From positions 519 through 64,518 of the IMG/VR virus record IMGVR_UViG_3300044644_000283: 64,000 bases of DNA; one strand, given 5' to 3'. Each line of letters opens with the position of its first letter. The first letter of the stretch is position 1. Below, piece after piece: positions 10,901-19,222 of this stretch. The notes under the pieces were generated by a model. It made no database searches, had not been told where the DNA came from, and saw only the letters and a list, made by a program, of their open reading frames with translations. The DNA is from a virus. Lineage: Duplodnaviria > Caudoviricetes. A program made the position numbers and the translations under genes.

Positions 10901-13470
10901 GTTTAAGCCTACGTGATTCTACCGACCCAGATATTCTTGGTCGTGTTGACGAGACAACTACGTCACGTGAAGAGACAGGTTTCGTTGAGCGTATCACCAA
11001 GGCACTGGGTGGCGAGTCCTTCTCCAAGCTCCGTGCACAGGCTTTAAACAGATACCAGCGTCTGGCAGACTACGACAAAGAGTTGGCCAAGACCATGGGC
11101 GGTGCGGCATTCATGGCTGATGCAAGCGCAGAATCTGCGGCTTTGATGTCTGACCTTGCGGCCGGTGTCACTGCGTCTGCTATGGGTGTACATGATCGCA
11201 ACGGTGGTATCCCAGTCTATAAGAATGGCTTCACTACAGTCTTCAATGACAACGGCAAGATCAAAGGCCCAGTTGCCATCTTTGCTCCGTTGGCTAAATA
11301 CAACGACCCATTCGTGTATCAGTTGTATCAGTTCTGGGCGGGCGCACAGCGTGGCTCACGCCTGCTGGCCGACGGTAAAGAAGAGTTGTTTACACAGGCT
11401 GACTTAGATCTGGCCAAGAAACTGTGTGATCCAGCTAATCCGGCTGCATCACAATACCCTGAGTTTAAAGAAATTCAGGAAGACTGGAACACGTTCAACA
11501 ATGGACTGGTTCAGTTCCTTGTGGACACAGGTGTCCTGTCTGAAGCTCAGAAGGAAGCCTTCACTAAGCATTCCGACTACATCCCGTTCTATCGTCAGAT
11601 GGATGGCGAGAACACCATCGGCCCCAACATCTTCCAATCTATCTCAGGCGTTAAGGCTCCCAAGAAGATCAAAGGTGGCGACGCTCCGTTGGCTGACTTC
11701 CTTGAAACGATTGTCCGCAACACCCAGTCTTCTATCCAGATGGGCATGAAGAACGCAGCCGCACAGCGTGCTGTAAACGTGGCGGTCAAGATCAATCAAG
11801 CAGAGCGTTTGGCTAAACCATCCGCAGGCTTGGACATTGTTCAGGTGCTTGAGAACGGCAACATGGTCAGCTACCAAGTCCATGACCCGTTGTTCATTGA
11901 TGCGGTCAAGAGTTTAAACATGCCTGAACTGCCGTTCATCGGCCTGCTGTCTGGCCCGGCCAACCTCTTGCGTAACTTGGTCACCAAGGATCCCGGCTTC
12001 ATGATGGCTAACATGGTGCGTGACTCCATGGCCGCCTACGTGACGAGCGGTGTCAAGATGACTCCAGTCGTGGACACAATCAAGAACTTCAAGTCTGCCA
12101 TGGCAGGCACATCGCCAGAGTTCCAAGCCCTTTTAAACGCAGGCTTGCTGGGCGGCTACGAGTTCTCGCAAAACGTCGAGGTCAGTGCTCAGGCGTTTGA
12201 GAAAGAGTTGAAGAAGAAGGCCAGTGGCCAGTCCTTGCTTCAGCGTATTGCTAATCCTAAGACTGCCGCATCATCTTTGTGGGAAGCACTGGAGAAGGGT
12301 ACAACTGCATCTGACGCTGCCACAAGGATTGAGGTGTATAAACGCACCCTCGCAGAAACTGGCAACGAGGCAGAAGCTCTGTTCCGTGCGCTTGAGGTGA
12401 TGAACTTTAACCGCAAGGGTAGCTCTCCTGTCGTTCGTATCCTGACTGCGGCCATCCCATTCTTGAACGCACGTATGCAGGGCTTGGATGTCCTGTACCG
12501 CGCTTCGTTTGGCAAGCTTGGCCACAAGGATGCGGCCGCTATTCAACGCTCTTTCTTTGTCCGTGGCATGACCATGGCCGCTCTGTCTTCCATGTACTGG
12601 GCAATGACCCACGATGATGACGAGTACAAGCGTCAGGAACAAGAGACTAAAGACAACAACTGGCTTGTCCCATCACTGGGTGTCAAGATCCCAATCCCAT
12701 TTGAGATTGGTGTCATCTTCAAAGTCATTCCTGAACGCATCATGGCGTTATCGTTTGGCGACGATACAGGCAAAGACTTCATGAAGTCCATGGCACGTCA
12801 GTTAAGCAGTACCTTGGCGGTCAATCCTATTCCTCAGGCGGCTCTGCCTTTGGTTGAGGCGACCACCAACTACTCCTTCTTCACGCAACGACCCATCATT
12901 GGTCAGGGCATGGAAGGGATTGCTCCTGAGTACCAAGTCGGCCCCAACACCTCAGCCATCTCGGCTCAGATTGGATCTGCGTTAGGTATCTCCCCCATGA
13001 AGCTTGACCACATCATTGGCGGCTACACCGGCACGATGGGCATGTACATGGTCAGTGCTTTGGACTCCGTCATGAGCATGAATGATGACTCACCCAATGC
13101 GTCTAAACGCTTTGAGCAGATGCCAATCATCAAACGTTTTGCGTTGGATCCTGAGGCTAGAGGTACGGTCACCAGTTATTACGAGTTGAAGAACGCCACC
13201 GATCAGGCTGTGCGTACCTCCAACCTACTGGAACGCACCATGAACTTCGAGGAGCGTGGCGAGTTCATGCGGGACAACATCAAGATGCTTGCCGCTAAGG
13301 ACTACATCCTTGACATGGAGAAGACCATGAAGGAGTTCCGTCAGATGCAAGTGATGATCCGTAGTTCTAAGATGGATGCTGATGCCAAGCGGGACGCTCT
13401 GCTCCGGATCAACCAAGCGCAGAACGCCCTGACGGCTAACATCAATACGCTAAAAGCTAACGTATCGTAA
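4966..13470 (+). CDS. Large polyvalent ejection protein: zincin (HESVH), glycosylase-like domain, ADP-ribosyltransferase-like domain, ParB-like domain, LPD38-like C-terminus
   Basis: 2834 aa; LRHESVH near 7810; FKAWFKDSK..YHGT..PVYV..GFDG..QIKSAIGN at 9650-10410; EGRHR near 10665; PFLNARMQG near the C-terminus. Confidence 0.8.
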   Translation: MPLYEIKAPDGRTYEIEGPVGATQRQVEAEVLRQFPMAGKTTQELEAAPRAPSTLKDIGLATGQGLAGGIQSLTNLFGVDNAASKALGNVQQSAFEALSPARKEEIARRQELQERAKGDLGKEISTGVGGFFEAPLQTGLQALASSAPIIAGGLIPGGQIAAGASLGARALAGARGATGIGGLMGVGGQKGQDYEAVKQALLAKGVDPMIAEQKAQEAAAYSLENLPRQALAGGAGALEGAFGIEQALANAAKKVSKANGAAALDAPTFKQAVGTSVLGEAAPEAVQAGVGQVGTNVALNQAGIATDLTEGLAGTVAHDALVGAVLGLAVSPAQMSNLQRSHQQAKANAQAEKQAQFDQERQAANEKAMAERAVLEKQTEDIRREMEQKQAIALPAPAEEIPAEEVQVDPLKNPLGNIRKNEVPFDIYKQIDDYRKQAGLPKLKEYSIEDFVDAMPGVNPKAEQALLDELITAKSGYAGEKYTAEDILNQAKRKKVETKTQGFADFLARTTGVNALEKMSQPQLHAAFKALANLPEATDLNILPEGTNARRFDDKQYARALKGVDMFLNDLGAPADPKQVIDTIKEYTNLTEDSHAGAILDAAIKNGDVDLIKSARYEVYDPKTGNALPSTYASKTAAQAAAAKRGLNVRQITTDAIGSPTTSATLPEGFDIREGSFKEGEAPAGYEVSAGEEVLFKANTVEEANAKKASFERTRAGMANARENQITQLNNAVEASQKRLNTLEAQGKGQTTQYEKAAGRHAKLVEETQAKIATLTDEIAKYDPKATPLEVKPTGTKAVGRKGYTVFDQGQAKATYPTRQAAEEGILADMDEKQLQELSQQQGRRAIGKKAEAEIKRRTAAPQTEGKKVSEVLGDIETKKAKAQEKPETPGAKERMAQFEALLGPMLKKFGLEDVSLKIVEDLKAEGSYAKKVIQIALDLGDPVRVLRHESVHALKELGFFTPQQWKALERMAKDQWIDKYLKNRQAMYNGQPMSRYDAYVQEYKGDMDKVTEEAIADAFADFANNKAPAGMLASLLKRLNDFFAALRNALAGAGFQTFEDVFGKVERGELKAGKATEGGEKMSLAGEGVPFSTRGIMERKTSTAQQELGLNTEAVRNRFNNVRDIAKALNQYTLDQFGAMDRNNLTPQQATQIAQAIADEVAYQLGTTAKTGTGLGWYSNNYPNAVSRLAERFPELAENKHARSVFSALVAVTSNGEKVTKNIDNAIKLYADLREGKPLVAMGNRRATALENNLVMIQELLDTHGEDFEKVLLQEITVKEMNARLRERGEDTDGSYLANTVVPAAAVYFGPKLGAFYANLSGSEGYLTMDLWWTRSINRMRGLLMPKATEASIEKFRDMMDQPDATRDEVVAATIPLRNKYEEYGWNTELEHLTGSKEPAKKDEKDAWFKKAKRKAAEAYDQLLYEHNLEKMANTIYKNEFEMLEEAPFTATDRKFMYDAGRKAQQMLRNEGIDLTLADIQAALWYYEKRLYEKLSGRKADDIGYEEAIIAQAREGDGRARPSVVFSEGSDGGVRPKGKSQGADAVRGEFEEDERLSLRDFTETPEFKAWFKDSKIVGQRTGERDARGRLLEDKTKPKIMYHGTARDITSFRPKQANAIFVTADSAFAEDFADASEEYIKKELLYTLPEEEQKRLVQDAIKLALKNKEITQTEFKRLNTNTVNQALETAAVQDNVSKVLKDRMTTGQNVMPVYVSAQKPFDYDNAAHVQQVVDELNKSFDSYGRKIGNQEKPYIATGSWETIENRKVQKAIRDLGFDGFYVKEAGTKNLAVYEPSQIKSAIGNIGTYDATNPDIRYSMRDAADTFDPKALEQYATQSSKSKIKLVNMDIDDFLRLAEFGYDKNKEAGAEQRLNAGIKSSTLPGLTVYTKDGDLRVTGHEGRHRARALQKAGYSTMPVLWESNIIWGAQTDPEAWGYEAKWPDRVYAQKGALHEYASIPMPFTREEAGQDYAGPQKQERLSLRDSTDPDILGRVDETTTSREETGFVERITKALGGESFSKLRAQALNRYQRLADYDKELAKTMGGAAFMADASAESAALMSDLAAGVTASAMGVHDRNGGIPVYKNGFTTVFNDNGKIKGPVAIFAPLAKYNDPFVYQLYQFWAGAQRGSRLLADGKEELFTQADLDLAKKLCDPANPAASQYPEFKEIQEDWNTFNNGLVQFLVDTGVLSEAQKEAFTKHSDYIPFYRQMDGENTIGPNIFQSISGVKAPKKIKGGDAPLADFLETIVRNTQSSIQMGMKNAAAQRAVNVAVKINQAERLAKPSAGLDIVQVLENGNMVSYQVHDPLFIDAVKSLNMPELPFIGLLSGPANLLRNLVTKDPGFMMANMVRDSMAAYVTSGVKMTPVVDTIKNFKSAMAGTSPEFQALLNAGLLGGYEFSQNVEVSAQAFEKELKKKASGQSLLQRIANPKTAASSLWEALEKGTTASDAATRIEVYKRTLAETGNEAEALFRALEVMNFNRKGSSPVVRILTAAIPFLNARMQGLDVLYRASFGKLGHKDAAAIQRSFFVRGMTMAALSSMYWAMTHDDDEYKRQEQETKDNNWLVPSLGVKIPIPFEIGVIFKVIPERIMALSFGDDTGKDFMKSMARQLSSTLAVNPIPQAALPLVEATTNYSFFTQRPIIGQGMEGIAPEYQVGPNTSAISAQIGSALGISPMKLDHIIGGYTGTMGMYMVSALDSVMSMNDDSPNASKRFEQMPIIKRFALDPEARGTVTSYYELKNATDQAVRTSNLLERTMNFEERGEFMRDNIKMLAAKDYILDMEKTMKEFRQMQVMIRSSKMDADAKRDALLRINQAQNALTANINTLKANVS

Positions 13471-13744
13471 GATGACCCCCCTCGAATAACCATCCAATGG
13501 TTGCTCGATGGGCTTCATCCCACTTGTCAAACTTCTGTTGCTTGCTTAGGGTTTTCCCTTGGTCTATGTCTGCATGACAGGTATAGCACAAGGCCGCAAT
13601 ACGGTAGTCGTGGGCTTTGAGTCCCATGCCCTTGCCGTCGCGTTGTTGGTTGGAGTGTGCGGCAACCACCGTGCCATCTGTTGCCCCGCAAATCTGACAA
13701 GGCGATTCCCGCACAAGGTCTAGCAGTTGCCTATTCCTGTACAT
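13457..13744 (-). CDS. DUF1364/YbcO-like HNH-type protein
   Basis: CQIC...TVVAAHSN...GKGMGLKAHD...CYTCH pattern. Confidence 0.75.
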   Translation of the reverse strand: MYRNRQLLDLVRESPCQICGATDGTVVAAHSNQQRDGKGMGLKAHDYRIAALCYTCHADIDQGKTLSKQQKFDKWDEAHRATIGWLFEGGHLTIR

Positions 13745-13958
13745 CTTGGCTCACACCGTTGGAACGAGCCAAGAAGTCTACATAGTCATGGATCTCATGA
13801 CCCCAGTAGGTTGTATTTTTAAAGCCCAGAAAGCGGCCTGCCAGTCGTTTAAACGCAGCATCCTGCGCTGCCTGCCAAACTTCAAAGCTCCAACCTCCGT
13901 CGTCTTCAAAGGCTTTACTGCCGATGAACTTGCAGAACTCCTGTTTACACTCATTCAT
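13731..13958 (-). CDS. Hypothetical protein
   Basis: Overlapping start/stop coupling within the minus-strand operon. Confidence 0.6.
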   Translation of the reverse strand: MNECKQEFCKFIGSKAFEDDGGWSFEVWQAAQDAAFKRLAGRFLGFKNTTYWGHEIHDYVDFLARSNGVSQDVQE

Positions 13959-14185
13959 AGGATGGCCTGAAACTCTGCCAGCTTCTGAGCGTAGTGACGG
14001 GCTTTCTCACTATCGTGAGAACCTTCCTTGTGTCCTGAACGCATGGCGTATTTAATGATGTTTCCCTTCAGGAATCCAATAAACTCCTCAGGCGTTAGCA
14101 CTGCCTCCATCACAGCCCACGGTTGCATTTCCATGTCTTTGTAATGGCGGCCATCTATTTGGTAATCATCTGCTCGTTGAATCAT
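13955..14185 (-). CDS. DUF3310 (T7 gp1.7/SaV-like) protein
   Basis: HY...QPW...GFLKGNIIKYAMR..K..DSEKARHY motif. Confidence 0.8.
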   Translation of the reverse strand: MIQRADDYQIDGRHYKDMEMQPWAVMEAVLTPEEFIGFLKGNIIKYAMRSGHKEGSHDSEKARHYAQKLAEFQAIL

Positions 14186-14355
14186 TTTGTCTCCTGTGTA
14201 AACGTTAGGTAATGTTGCAGCGGGAGCTTGGCTTTTTTCCGTACATGTTTACGTAGCCACTCTGCCCCGCCCAGTTCTTTAAACATCAGCCATTCCACAT
14301 CTGACATGCGGACTTGGCGCCCCCTAAGGGGCTGAGGTGGCTTAGGTCTTGGCAA
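14182..14355 (-). CDS. Small basic protein, ribbon-helix-helix-like
   Basis: PRPKPP..RQVRMSDVEW..LGGAEWLR; TTG start at 14355 inferred. Confidence 0.55.
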   Translation of the reverse strand: MPRPKPPQPLRGRQVRMSDVEWLMFKELGGAEWLRKHVRKKAKLPLQHYLTFTQETK

Positions 14356-14530
14356 GCTTAGGTCTCCGTGTAGCACGATGTGCCCAACAAGAAGCGCAGT
14401 ACCACTTGTTAGGACTCATCTGAATACCGCCTTCCGGGGCTTTGGTTTCTTCGCAGCGTGCACAGTGTTTAAACTGGTGTATTGGCTGCTTACTGCCAAT
14501 CTCTAGCTGTTGCTTGGCAAATCCATTCAT
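14342..14530 (-). CDS. Small Zn-finger protein
   Basis: CxxC...CxxC; coupled to neighbouring genes. Confidence 0.6.
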   Translation of the reverse strand: MNGFAKQQLEIGSKQPIHQFKHCARCEETKAPEGGIQMSPNKWYCASCWAHRATRRPKLAKT

Positions 14531-15033
14531 GCCATCCCTTTCAATAAGTCTTGGAGTTGTTTAAGTTTCTGTGCGCTAGTCAGGTTCTCTTGGATCTCAG
14601 CTTCAATCTCAAGCGATACATTCTCTAGCTCTGTTGCCACGGCTTTCATCTGCGTGGCTAAGGCGTTAGCCTTGTCTGACAGGAGCATTAGTCTATCTAA
14701 ATTGGTGTGCTTGATCTGAGTAACAGGTTTGTTGGATGCCATTTTTTTCTCTTTAAGTTCAGGTTGTTTAGTGGGTTCAATTGTTGAGGTCTCTTTTACT
14801 TCGACACGCAGAAAGGTTCCACGTGTTGGTTCTGTGATTAAGCCTTGGCGTTTAAGCGTATCAAGGCAACCAATGATCGCCTTGGGATCTCTCATGCTGT
14901 AGCCTAGTCGTGCTATCTCTGTAATGATCTGCGATGAAGTCCATGATTCAGCCAGTGGGACTGCCTCATAGACCTTCTTCACAGGCGCATTCAGCGTCGT
15001 GTACAGTTGTTTAAATCGTGTGTTGCTAATCAT
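14527..15033 (-). CDS. Hypothetical protein, winged-helix-like N-terminus and coiled coil
   Basis: 168-aa ORF; CLDTLKRQGLITEP..G pattern; coupled ends. Confidence 0.6.
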   Translation of the reverse strand: MISNTRFKQLYTTLNAPVKKVYEAVPLAESWTSSQIITEIARLGYSMRDPKAIIGCLDTLKRQGLITEPTRGTFLRVEVKETSTIEPTKQPELKEKKMASNKPVTQIKHTNLDRLMLLSDKANALATQMKAVATELENVSLEIEAEIQENLTSAQKLKQLQDLLKGMA

Positions 15034-15200
15034 TGCTTCATATTCCTGACAAAGATGGCAAAGCTTGCGGCTGTGTCACCAAATGGCATCTTGTCAAATT
15101 CCTTGGCAACCTCTTCTAGCACTTCGTTACGTGCACCTTGTAACTGTTGCAATGTGTCAAGCAAAACTTTACGCACGGCTTGGTAATCTTCTTCATTCAT
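15030..15200 (-). CDS. Hypothetical protein
   Basis: MNEEDY start after SD AAGGAG; RNEVLEEVA..F..FGDT small phage protein pattern. Confidence 0.6.
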   Translation of the reverse strand: MNEEDYQAVRKVLLDTLQQLQGARNEVLEEVAKEFDKMPFGDTAASFAIFVRNMKQ

Positions 15201-15457
15201 TTCTTCTCCTTTGGCACATCGTTTAATTGTTTGTAGGATTCCCATCCGGAATCAAAACCTTCTTTGAATCCGTTTTCCCAAGCACGTCCCCATGCCTGAC
15301 ACCACAGTTCGTAGTACCCGCCATACAGCGGGAATCCTTTGTCAAACAAACCATGCTTAACTAGATGCTTCACATCCTTGCGCTTGATGAATGCTTCCCA
15401 AGCCTTGTCACGGGCTTTGTTATGAATGGGTATGTCGTCAAGTAAGCCTTTACTCAT
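15197..15457 (-). CDS. Hypothetical protein
   Basis: ATGA overlaps on both sides. Confidence 0.6.
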   Translation of the reverse strand: MSKGLLDDIPIHNKARDKAWEAFIKRKDVKHLVKHGLFDKGFPLYGGYYELWCQAWGRAWENGFKEGFDSGWESYKQLNDVPKEKK

Positions 15458-15588
15458 TCCAACTCCTCCAATTTAAACAGCGCGTAGTACACCAGCGGAC
15501 AATCGCCAAACTGTTTAAACGTATTGATTGCAAGCTGCAACCAAGCTTGTTGCTCGGCAAACTTTTCAAGATCATTAAGACTCAGCAT
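15454..15588 (-). CDS. Small hypothetical protein (44 aa, below the ORF-track cutoff)
   Basis: MLSLNDLEKFAEQQAW...EELE* fills the operon gap; its stop overlaps the next ATG. Confidence 0.5.
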   Translation of the reverse strand: MLSLNDLEKFAEQQAWLQLAINTFKQFGDCPLVYYALFKLEELE

Positions 15589-15760
15589 TTTCCCGCTCCG
15601 CTATCAATGCGTCTGCTAATTTGTAAGCATCACGTGCCATCTGATAAACGTTAGTTTCATTGCCGGTGACTAAACCGCTAATGATTTGTGCCGCAAAGTA
15701 ATCGCGCAAGTTCATGCTGACAGCGTGGTCGGTTGTAAAGTATCCAATTGGTTGTTTCAT
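15575..15760 (-). CDS. Small phage protein, RDYFAA family
   Basis: LRDYFAA...AYKLADALIAER motif. Confidence 0.7.
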   Translation of the reverse strand: MKQPIGYFTTDHAVSMNLRDYFAAQIISGLVTGNETNVYQMARDAYKLADALIAERENAES

Positions 15761-15768
15761 ACTGATCC

Positions 15769-15975
15769 TTATTTGTTTAATTCATTTAACATTTCGTCCG
15801 TCAGTTCTCGCACTCGCAGTAGGGCCGCTTCCATATCTGCTTTATGTTTAAACTCACGTGTGATTGCCAACTTAATGTTGGCCAGAGTGGCGTACATGTC
15901 TACGCCCTTCACGGCAAACATTAACTTATGCTCATCCTCCGGATAATCAAATTCCAGAATTGCTTTGCTTTTCAT
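15769..15975 (-). CDS. Hypothetical protein
   Basis: MKxKAILEFDYPED, a common phage small-protein start. Confidence 0.6.
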   Translation of the reverse strand: MKSKAILEFDYPEDEHKLMFAVKGVDMYATLANIKLAITREFKHKADMEAALLRVRELTDEMLNELNK

Positions 15976-16178
15976 GGCGTGTAAACATTCATAAGAATGA
16001 CGATCACACCAATCAAAGCTGTACTAAAAACGGCAGTAAGTATTTCTTCACGATTGACTTTGCCGCCAATCAATGCTGACTGCACCCACAGTTCCTCAGG
16101 GGTTGGGGTTGGTGGGGGTGGCGTATACATACAGCCGATCAAAACCTTGCCAGTGTTATACGGTGGGTTCTTTGTCAT
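15972..16178 (-). CDS. Small membrane protein
   Basis: PYNTGKVLIG..Y motif and a C-terminal hydrophobic helix. Confidence 0.6.
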   Translation of the reverse strand: MTKNPPYNTGKVLIGCMYTPPPPTPTPEELWVQSALIGGKVNREEILTAVFSTALIGVIVILMNVYTP

Positions 16179-16374
16179 AGTGTTTCTCCAACATAGGTTC
16201 GCTGATCCAAAAGCCTTGGGCGTTAAGTAACATGCCTTTGGCCATCATCTCGTCCGGAGTCCGGCAACGTCGATTAACACCGTGCTTGCCGGTGCGGTGC
16301 TTGTCAAACGCAGTGTTGCTGTTGAAGTATTCTTTACAGCCACTGCATTGGTTCCTTGTGCCACTAAGTTTCAC
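16156..16374 (-). CDS. FDXHR-type zinc-binding protein
   Basis: CSGC..F....AFDKHR...RRC; GTG start at 16374 after GGAGG. Confidence 0.7.
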   Translation of the reverse strand: MKLSGTRNQCSGCKEYFNSNTAFDKHRTGKHGVNRRCRTPDEMMAKGMLLNAQGFWISEPMLEKHYDKEPTV

Positions 16375-16672
16375 GTGGAACCTCCAGTCTGCGTTCGACT
16401 GCAAGCTCTTCGACAATCAGTTCGGCAAATGATTTACCTGATGGAAAACGCATCTTGGCCGCATTGTTTTGATTGACCACAGCTATGGCCTTCTCAATCC
16501 CTGCGTTGAATCCTGATGTGTATGGGTCACCAGTGGACAGGCGACTGTCAATCGCCTCCCGAATCATTTGAGCCATCGTGATCTTCTTAAGCTTGGCAAA
16601 CTTCTTCATGCGTAAATGCTCGTCTTCGGAGACATACGTCATGAACGGTTTAAACTTCTTAAAATGGGTCAT
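16364..16672 (-). CDS. Ribbon-helix-helix DNA-binding protein
   Basis: FMTYVSEDEH..MKKFA...TMAQMIREAID. Confidence 0.6.
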   Translation of the reverse strand: MTHFKKFKPFMTYVSEDEHLRMKKFAKLKKITMAQMIREAIDSRLSTGDPYTSGFNAGIEKAIAVVNQNNAAKMRFPSGKSFAELIVEELAVERRLEVPRET

Positions 16673-17051
16673 CGATTACTTTCGTCTTCTCGTAGCTTGC
16701 AACCAGTTTGTCAAAGACAATCTGAGCATTTGCTTTGCCGTTAAGTTCTGAGCGGGATTCAATCCCGCAGTGTTTACACAATTTCGCTGCTGCATCGTCT
16801 TCTGTGTTTACACCAAGAAAGAATTGGAAGTCTTCTTCTCGGCAAAGCATTCCGGCTTTGGCAACTCGATTGTTGTATGGCGTGGGTGATTCATCATCTT
16901 GGATGCGAACCACCGCACAGGCGTAACGTGCACCGACAAAGTCACGGAGGATCTCCTCCGGCACTTCGTCAGGGTGCAGTGACAGCGTCAAAATAAAACC
17001 AGTGCGGTCTTGTTTTAACGCTACTTTGCGGGCTTCAAATTGCAGAGCCAT
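16659..17051 (-). CDS. Conserved hypothetical phage protein
   Basis: LCREEDFQFFL...CGIESRSEL; coupled to neighbours. Confidence 0.6.
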   Translation of the reverse strand: MALQFEARKVALKQDRTGFILTLSLHPDEVPEEILRDFVGARYACAVVRIQDDESPTPYNNRVAKAGMLCREEDFQFFLGVNTEDDAAAKLCKHCGIESRSELNGKANAQIVFDKLVASYEKTKVIDDPF

Positions 17052-17337
17052 GGCCGTGCATCAAATCAAACTCTTGCACTTTGAGCATGGACTGAAGCAT
17101 CTCGTTGTGCAACTTAAGGCGGGTAATCTGACGGTGCAGATTGTTAATCTCATCACGCAGAAGCATCTGACCTTTGACTAACTGACGCTCTTCAACGGAG
17201 ATCGTGTCACGCAACTTAGCCTTGTGCAGGGTTGTGTGGACATACTGCACCTTTTCACCTAAAGCTTTTGCAATTTCTGGTGCGGTGGCATTAGGGTTGG
17301 CGTGTTTAAACTCACGGATTTTTTCAGCGCGGTTCAT
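17035..17337 (-). CDS. HTH domain protein
   Basis: MNRAEKIREF..NPNATAPEIAKALGEKVQYVH; SD TAAGGAG. Confidence 0.65.
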   Translation of the reverse strand: MNRAEKIREFKHANPNATAPEIAKALGEKVQYVHTTLHKAKLRDTISVEERQLVKGQMLLRDEINNLHRQITRLKLHNEMLQSMLKVQEFDLMHGHGSAI

Positions 17338-17347
17338 AATTTGCTCC

Positions 17348-17647
17348 TTAAAATGGGATGTCGCTGTCGTCAGCGGGAAACTCTTGGGCTTGGTTCTCTT
17401 GGCGTGTACCACCTTGTTGCTGTGGCACAAAGCGGTCAACTGCAATAGAGAGGTAGGTCTTGCCGTTCTTGGCAACCTTCTTCCAACCTGACAGCTTGAC
17501 AACAGTCAGGCCGTTCTCGGTCTTGACGTTAGTCAGGTCTTTCATGTTGATGGCAATCGTGCCCCAGTAGTCGGGTGACTTTGGAGTCTTCTTGCTTTGG
17601 GTTGCGAACAGGGAGCCTGTGTCGGGACGTGTTTCGTAATCGCTCAT
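17348..17647 (-). CDS. Single-stranded DNA-binding protein (small OB-fold)
   Basis: PDYWG..LSGWKK..GKTYLS and acidic DDSDIPF tail; next to the annealase. Confidence 0.75.
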   Translation of the reverse strand: MSDYETRPDTGSLFATQSKKTPKSPDYWGTIAINMKDLTNVKTENGLTVVKLSGWKKVAKNGKTYLSIAVDRFVPQQQGGTRQENQAQEFPADDSDIPF

Positions 17648-18351
17648 TTTGTTTCCTCAGTTAATTTAAGCTTCAATGTCTTGAAGCATTTAAGAACCTC
17701 TTCATACAAAGAGGGGTGCGTGACCTTCAGCGAATCAAGCTGAAGTTCGTTGCTCTTCCAGTAGCTGTTTAAACCGGCTACGTCTGTGCAGGTGGTGGTG
17801 TACTCAATCATGCCGTCAGCAAACAGCTTGCGGCTTGCGTCTGAGTTATCCCAGTCGGTAGGCTGTGGGCGCTTAGGCGCAGTCTTGGCAATGATCTTCT
17901 CGTACTTAGGGCCATCCTCCTTCTTGGTCAACTCGCCCATGGTGGTGGGGGCATCGTCTGTCTCGGGCAGATCCTCACCCGCATAGATGTAGAGTCCCAA
18001 GCCGTGCATCGCAATACCTTTGGTTAGGCAACGCATGATTGATGTATTGACCTCAAAAGCATTTGGCTCAGGAATGCATTTGTTGCGGTAATCAAGTATG
18101 GGCAACTGTTGGGTCATAGACTTGCCAAACACTGTGACTTTGACCCACACCATGTGTGAGTTGCCAAGGTGTTGGTACGGCAACAAGTGGTTAGGACTCT
18201 CCCAATCGGGGAACATCAAAACTTCGTAATTAGCTTGAGGATCAAGCTTCAAAACCTCAGCCCACGCCCACGCCCATGATAGGTACGTCAGGCCGTTCTT
18301 TTTCTCAGTGTGCTCGTTGACGTTGAGCTTTAGTAAATCAAGGGGCGACAT
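17644..18351 (-). CDS. Sak3/DUF1071-type single-strand annealing protein
   Basis: NVNEHTEKKNGLTYLSWAWAW...RCLTKGIAMHGLGLYIYAGEDLP. Confidence 0.85.
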   Translation of the reverse strand: MSPLDLLKLNVNEHTEKKNGLTYLSWAWAWAEVLKLDPQANYEVLMFPDWESPNHLLPYQHLGNSHMVWVKVTVFGKSMTQQLPILDYRNKCIPEPNAFEVNTSIMRCLTKGIAMHGLGLYIYAGEDLPETDDAPTTMGELTKKEDGPKYEKIIAKTAPKRPQPTDWDNSDASRKLFADGMIEYTTTCTDVAGLNSYWKSNELQLDSLKVTHPSLYEEVLKCFKTLKLKLTEETK

Positions 18352-19204
18352 TGATTTCTCCTTGGTATTGTTTACACCACTTGCTGACTCCACAGAAGTC
18401 TCCGGTGCATCGCTTGGGTTCGCCTTTGCGGGTTTCGACATAGCCTTTTTCCTTTTCTGCCAGTTCAGTGGCTTCCTCAATGGTTTTAAATAAACGGATC
18501 GCAGACTTGCGTCCTTCTCTCTTCACAGCAAAGACGGTTTCAGTCATCCATCTTTCCTCATCGGTGCAAGCCTGTAGCTCCTCACCAAATTCATGGTGCA
18601 CCTTGGCGTTGCGGTGCATCTCTAAACGCTGACGTACATAGGACTCGGTAGTCACTGAGTCCCACATTGGGATGTCAATCATCACGGCCTCAGCTTCGGG
18701 GTAGCCCTCTGAGGTGTCGTGTGCAGAGTAATCTTTGATGATGGCGCAGATCTGTAAGCCTTTGACTGGCACACCCTTGACGGTTTCCACAAGCCACTTG
18801 TAGATGTTTAACTGCGTTGTCCAGTCATCCTTGCCCTGCTTGACTGACCAAGCCTTGACGAACTTGTAGTCGATGATGACCACACCGCCATCGACATGCT
18901 TCTGTAGGTCAATCGCACCACTGATCACGATGCCATCAATCTCAGTAAAGATGCGTTCCTCGTTGGTGTAGCCCTCAACTTCTTTGGCTTCGAGCTTGCC
19001 ATGCATGAATGTGCCAAGCTGTGACGCAATCATTTTGGTCACGTCAATAGTCATCTCAGAATCGTACTGTTCGCGTAACCTTCTAATCTTTGGTGGCGAC
19101 ATTAACTCAGTAACGCTATACTGTGATGCGCCCTTGCTGTAGTAGTTGCGTGAGAGCAAAGCCACTAACGGTGCGGGCAGATCCTGATTGTTTGTTATCT
19201 TCAT
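18338..19204 (-). CDS. PD-(D/E)XK (RecB/Cas4-like) exonuclease
   Basis: GTFMH...ISGAIDL..IIDYK...QLNIY and C-terminal Cys cluster. Confidence 0.8.
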   Translation of the reverse strand: MKITNNQDLPAPLVALLSRNYYSKGASQYSVTELMSPPKIRRLREQYDSEMTIDVTKMIASQLGTFMHGKLEAKEVEGYTNEERIFTEIDGIVISGAIDLQKHVDGGVVIIDYKFVKAWSVKQGKDDWTTQLNIYKWLVETVKGVPVKGLQICAIIKDYSAHDTSEGYPEAEAVMIDIPMWDSVTTESYVRQRLEMHRNAKVHHEFGEELQACTDEERWMTETVFAVKREGRKSAIRLFKTIEEATELAEKEKGYVETRKGEPKRCTGDFCGVSKWCKQYQGEINVAP

Positions 19205-19222
19205 CTTCTCTCCAAGGTTGTT

